A DNA stretch of 64,000 nt. Source: Longimicrobiales bacterium. Its GTDB lineage: Bacteria; Gemmatimonadota; Gemmatimonadetes; Longimicrobiales; Gaopeijiaceae. The notes under the pieces were generated by a model. It saw only the letters and a list, made by a program, of their open reading frames with translations. It did not search any database and was not told the DNA's origin. A program made the translations under genes and the position numbers. The stretch spans positions 192,001 through 256,000 of the forward strand of contig CBDCNQ010000002.1 in assembly GCA_965219445.1 (NCBI GenBank). Reading direction: 5' to 3'. This document shows, piece by piece, positions 63,444 to 64,000 of this stretch (the first letter of the stretch is position 1; each line of letters begins with the position of its first letter).

Positions 63444-63893
63444 CTACCAGCCCACTGTGAGTCGGCCCACCAGGCTGTGGTCGGCGTCTCCCCGGCCCAA
63501 GCTTTCGCGGCGCTGGGCGTCGAGGCCGAACTGGAAGCTCATGGCGCCACCCTGCACGACAGCCAGGCTGTAGCCCAGCCGGTAGTCGCGCCCGTACTCG
63601 GAAGTCGTGACGCCGAACCTCGGGGTCCCCACCAGCCGACTCCCGACCGGCAGCGCATAGCCGAGCTCGGCGTCGAGGCGGTCGCCCGATCCCGGGCCTC
63701 CTGCCCCGAGCCCCTCCATCGTATCGCGGCCCCAGAGTGCGTCGGCACCGCTCATCGCCTGACCGCCCCACGAGGGCGCGACCCGCGCCGTGAATCCCAG
63801 CGGTGTCTGTGGCGTCGGATCGTAGCTGAACGACACCGACACGCCCCGTTCCCTGAACCCTTCGTCCTGATGCACGAGCAGCGTCCGCACCCG
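63444..63893 (-). pseudogene. Autotransporter-like barrel C-terminal fragment fused to an IS3 fragment
   Basis: VRVRTLLVHQDEGFRERGVS...LVGRLTVGW, homologous to 4495-4840. Confidence 0.7.
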
Positions 63894-64000
63894 CACGGCC
63901 GCCTCTGCCAACGAGTAGAAGGTCTCCCCGTTCAACAGCTCGTCCCTGAGCTTGCCGTTGAAGCTCTCGTTGTAGCCGTTCTCCCACGGGCTACCCGGCT
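63894..64000 (-). mobile_element. IS3-family orfB internal fragment, runs off the window
   Basis: PGSPWENGYNESFNGKLRDELLNGETFYSLAEAA. Confidence 0.85.

Larger units (their letters stand above)
61310..63789. repeat. Inverted duplication, copy B of 4495-5850, interrupted by IS630
   Basis: Direct sequence comparison. Confidence 0.9.

Noticed and set aside
1..64000. CRISPR array or cas genes
   Set aside because: No regularly spaced repeat-spacer series; the TM0106 RecB-like nuclease is a helicase fusion with no cas context

Overview
A GC-rich bacterial window that is mostly mobile DNA and gene fragments. The gene types (a 'SDPITRLNAALE.RY' kinase N-terminus, TolB-like/TPR and Calx-beta/SwmB adhesin pieces) suggest a Gemmatimonadota-like, possibly host-associated organism; this is inference. 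It holds at least seven tyrosine-recombinase genes or fragments, IS256/IS3/IS30/IS110/IS630 elements, a type II R-M locus with Vsr, ColE1-type mobilisation remnants, and a Wzx/Wzy polysaccharide locus. Four structures stand out. (1) A Cre-like recombinase gene (602-1588) is tightly bracketed by two identical 34-bp lox-like sites in inverted orientation (521-554, 1625-1658), a candidate self-inverting cassette and a new recombinase/site pair. (2) A 17.4-kb island with a P4-type integrase, oriT/mob remnants and defence cargo (15036-32434) sits inside another tyrosine integrase gene; removing it rebuilds an ORF of exactly the same length (1164 bp) as an intact paralogue, and a second copy of the island end interrupts a different mobile-element gene. 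(3) An integrase element is bounded by split tRNA-Pro pieces (7142-12161). (4) A 15.4-kb inversion between inverted IS256 copies splits the polysaccharide locus. Many single-base frameshifts and abrupt junctions could be real decay or sequencing/assembly artefacts. All family calls come from motif recognition, not database searches.
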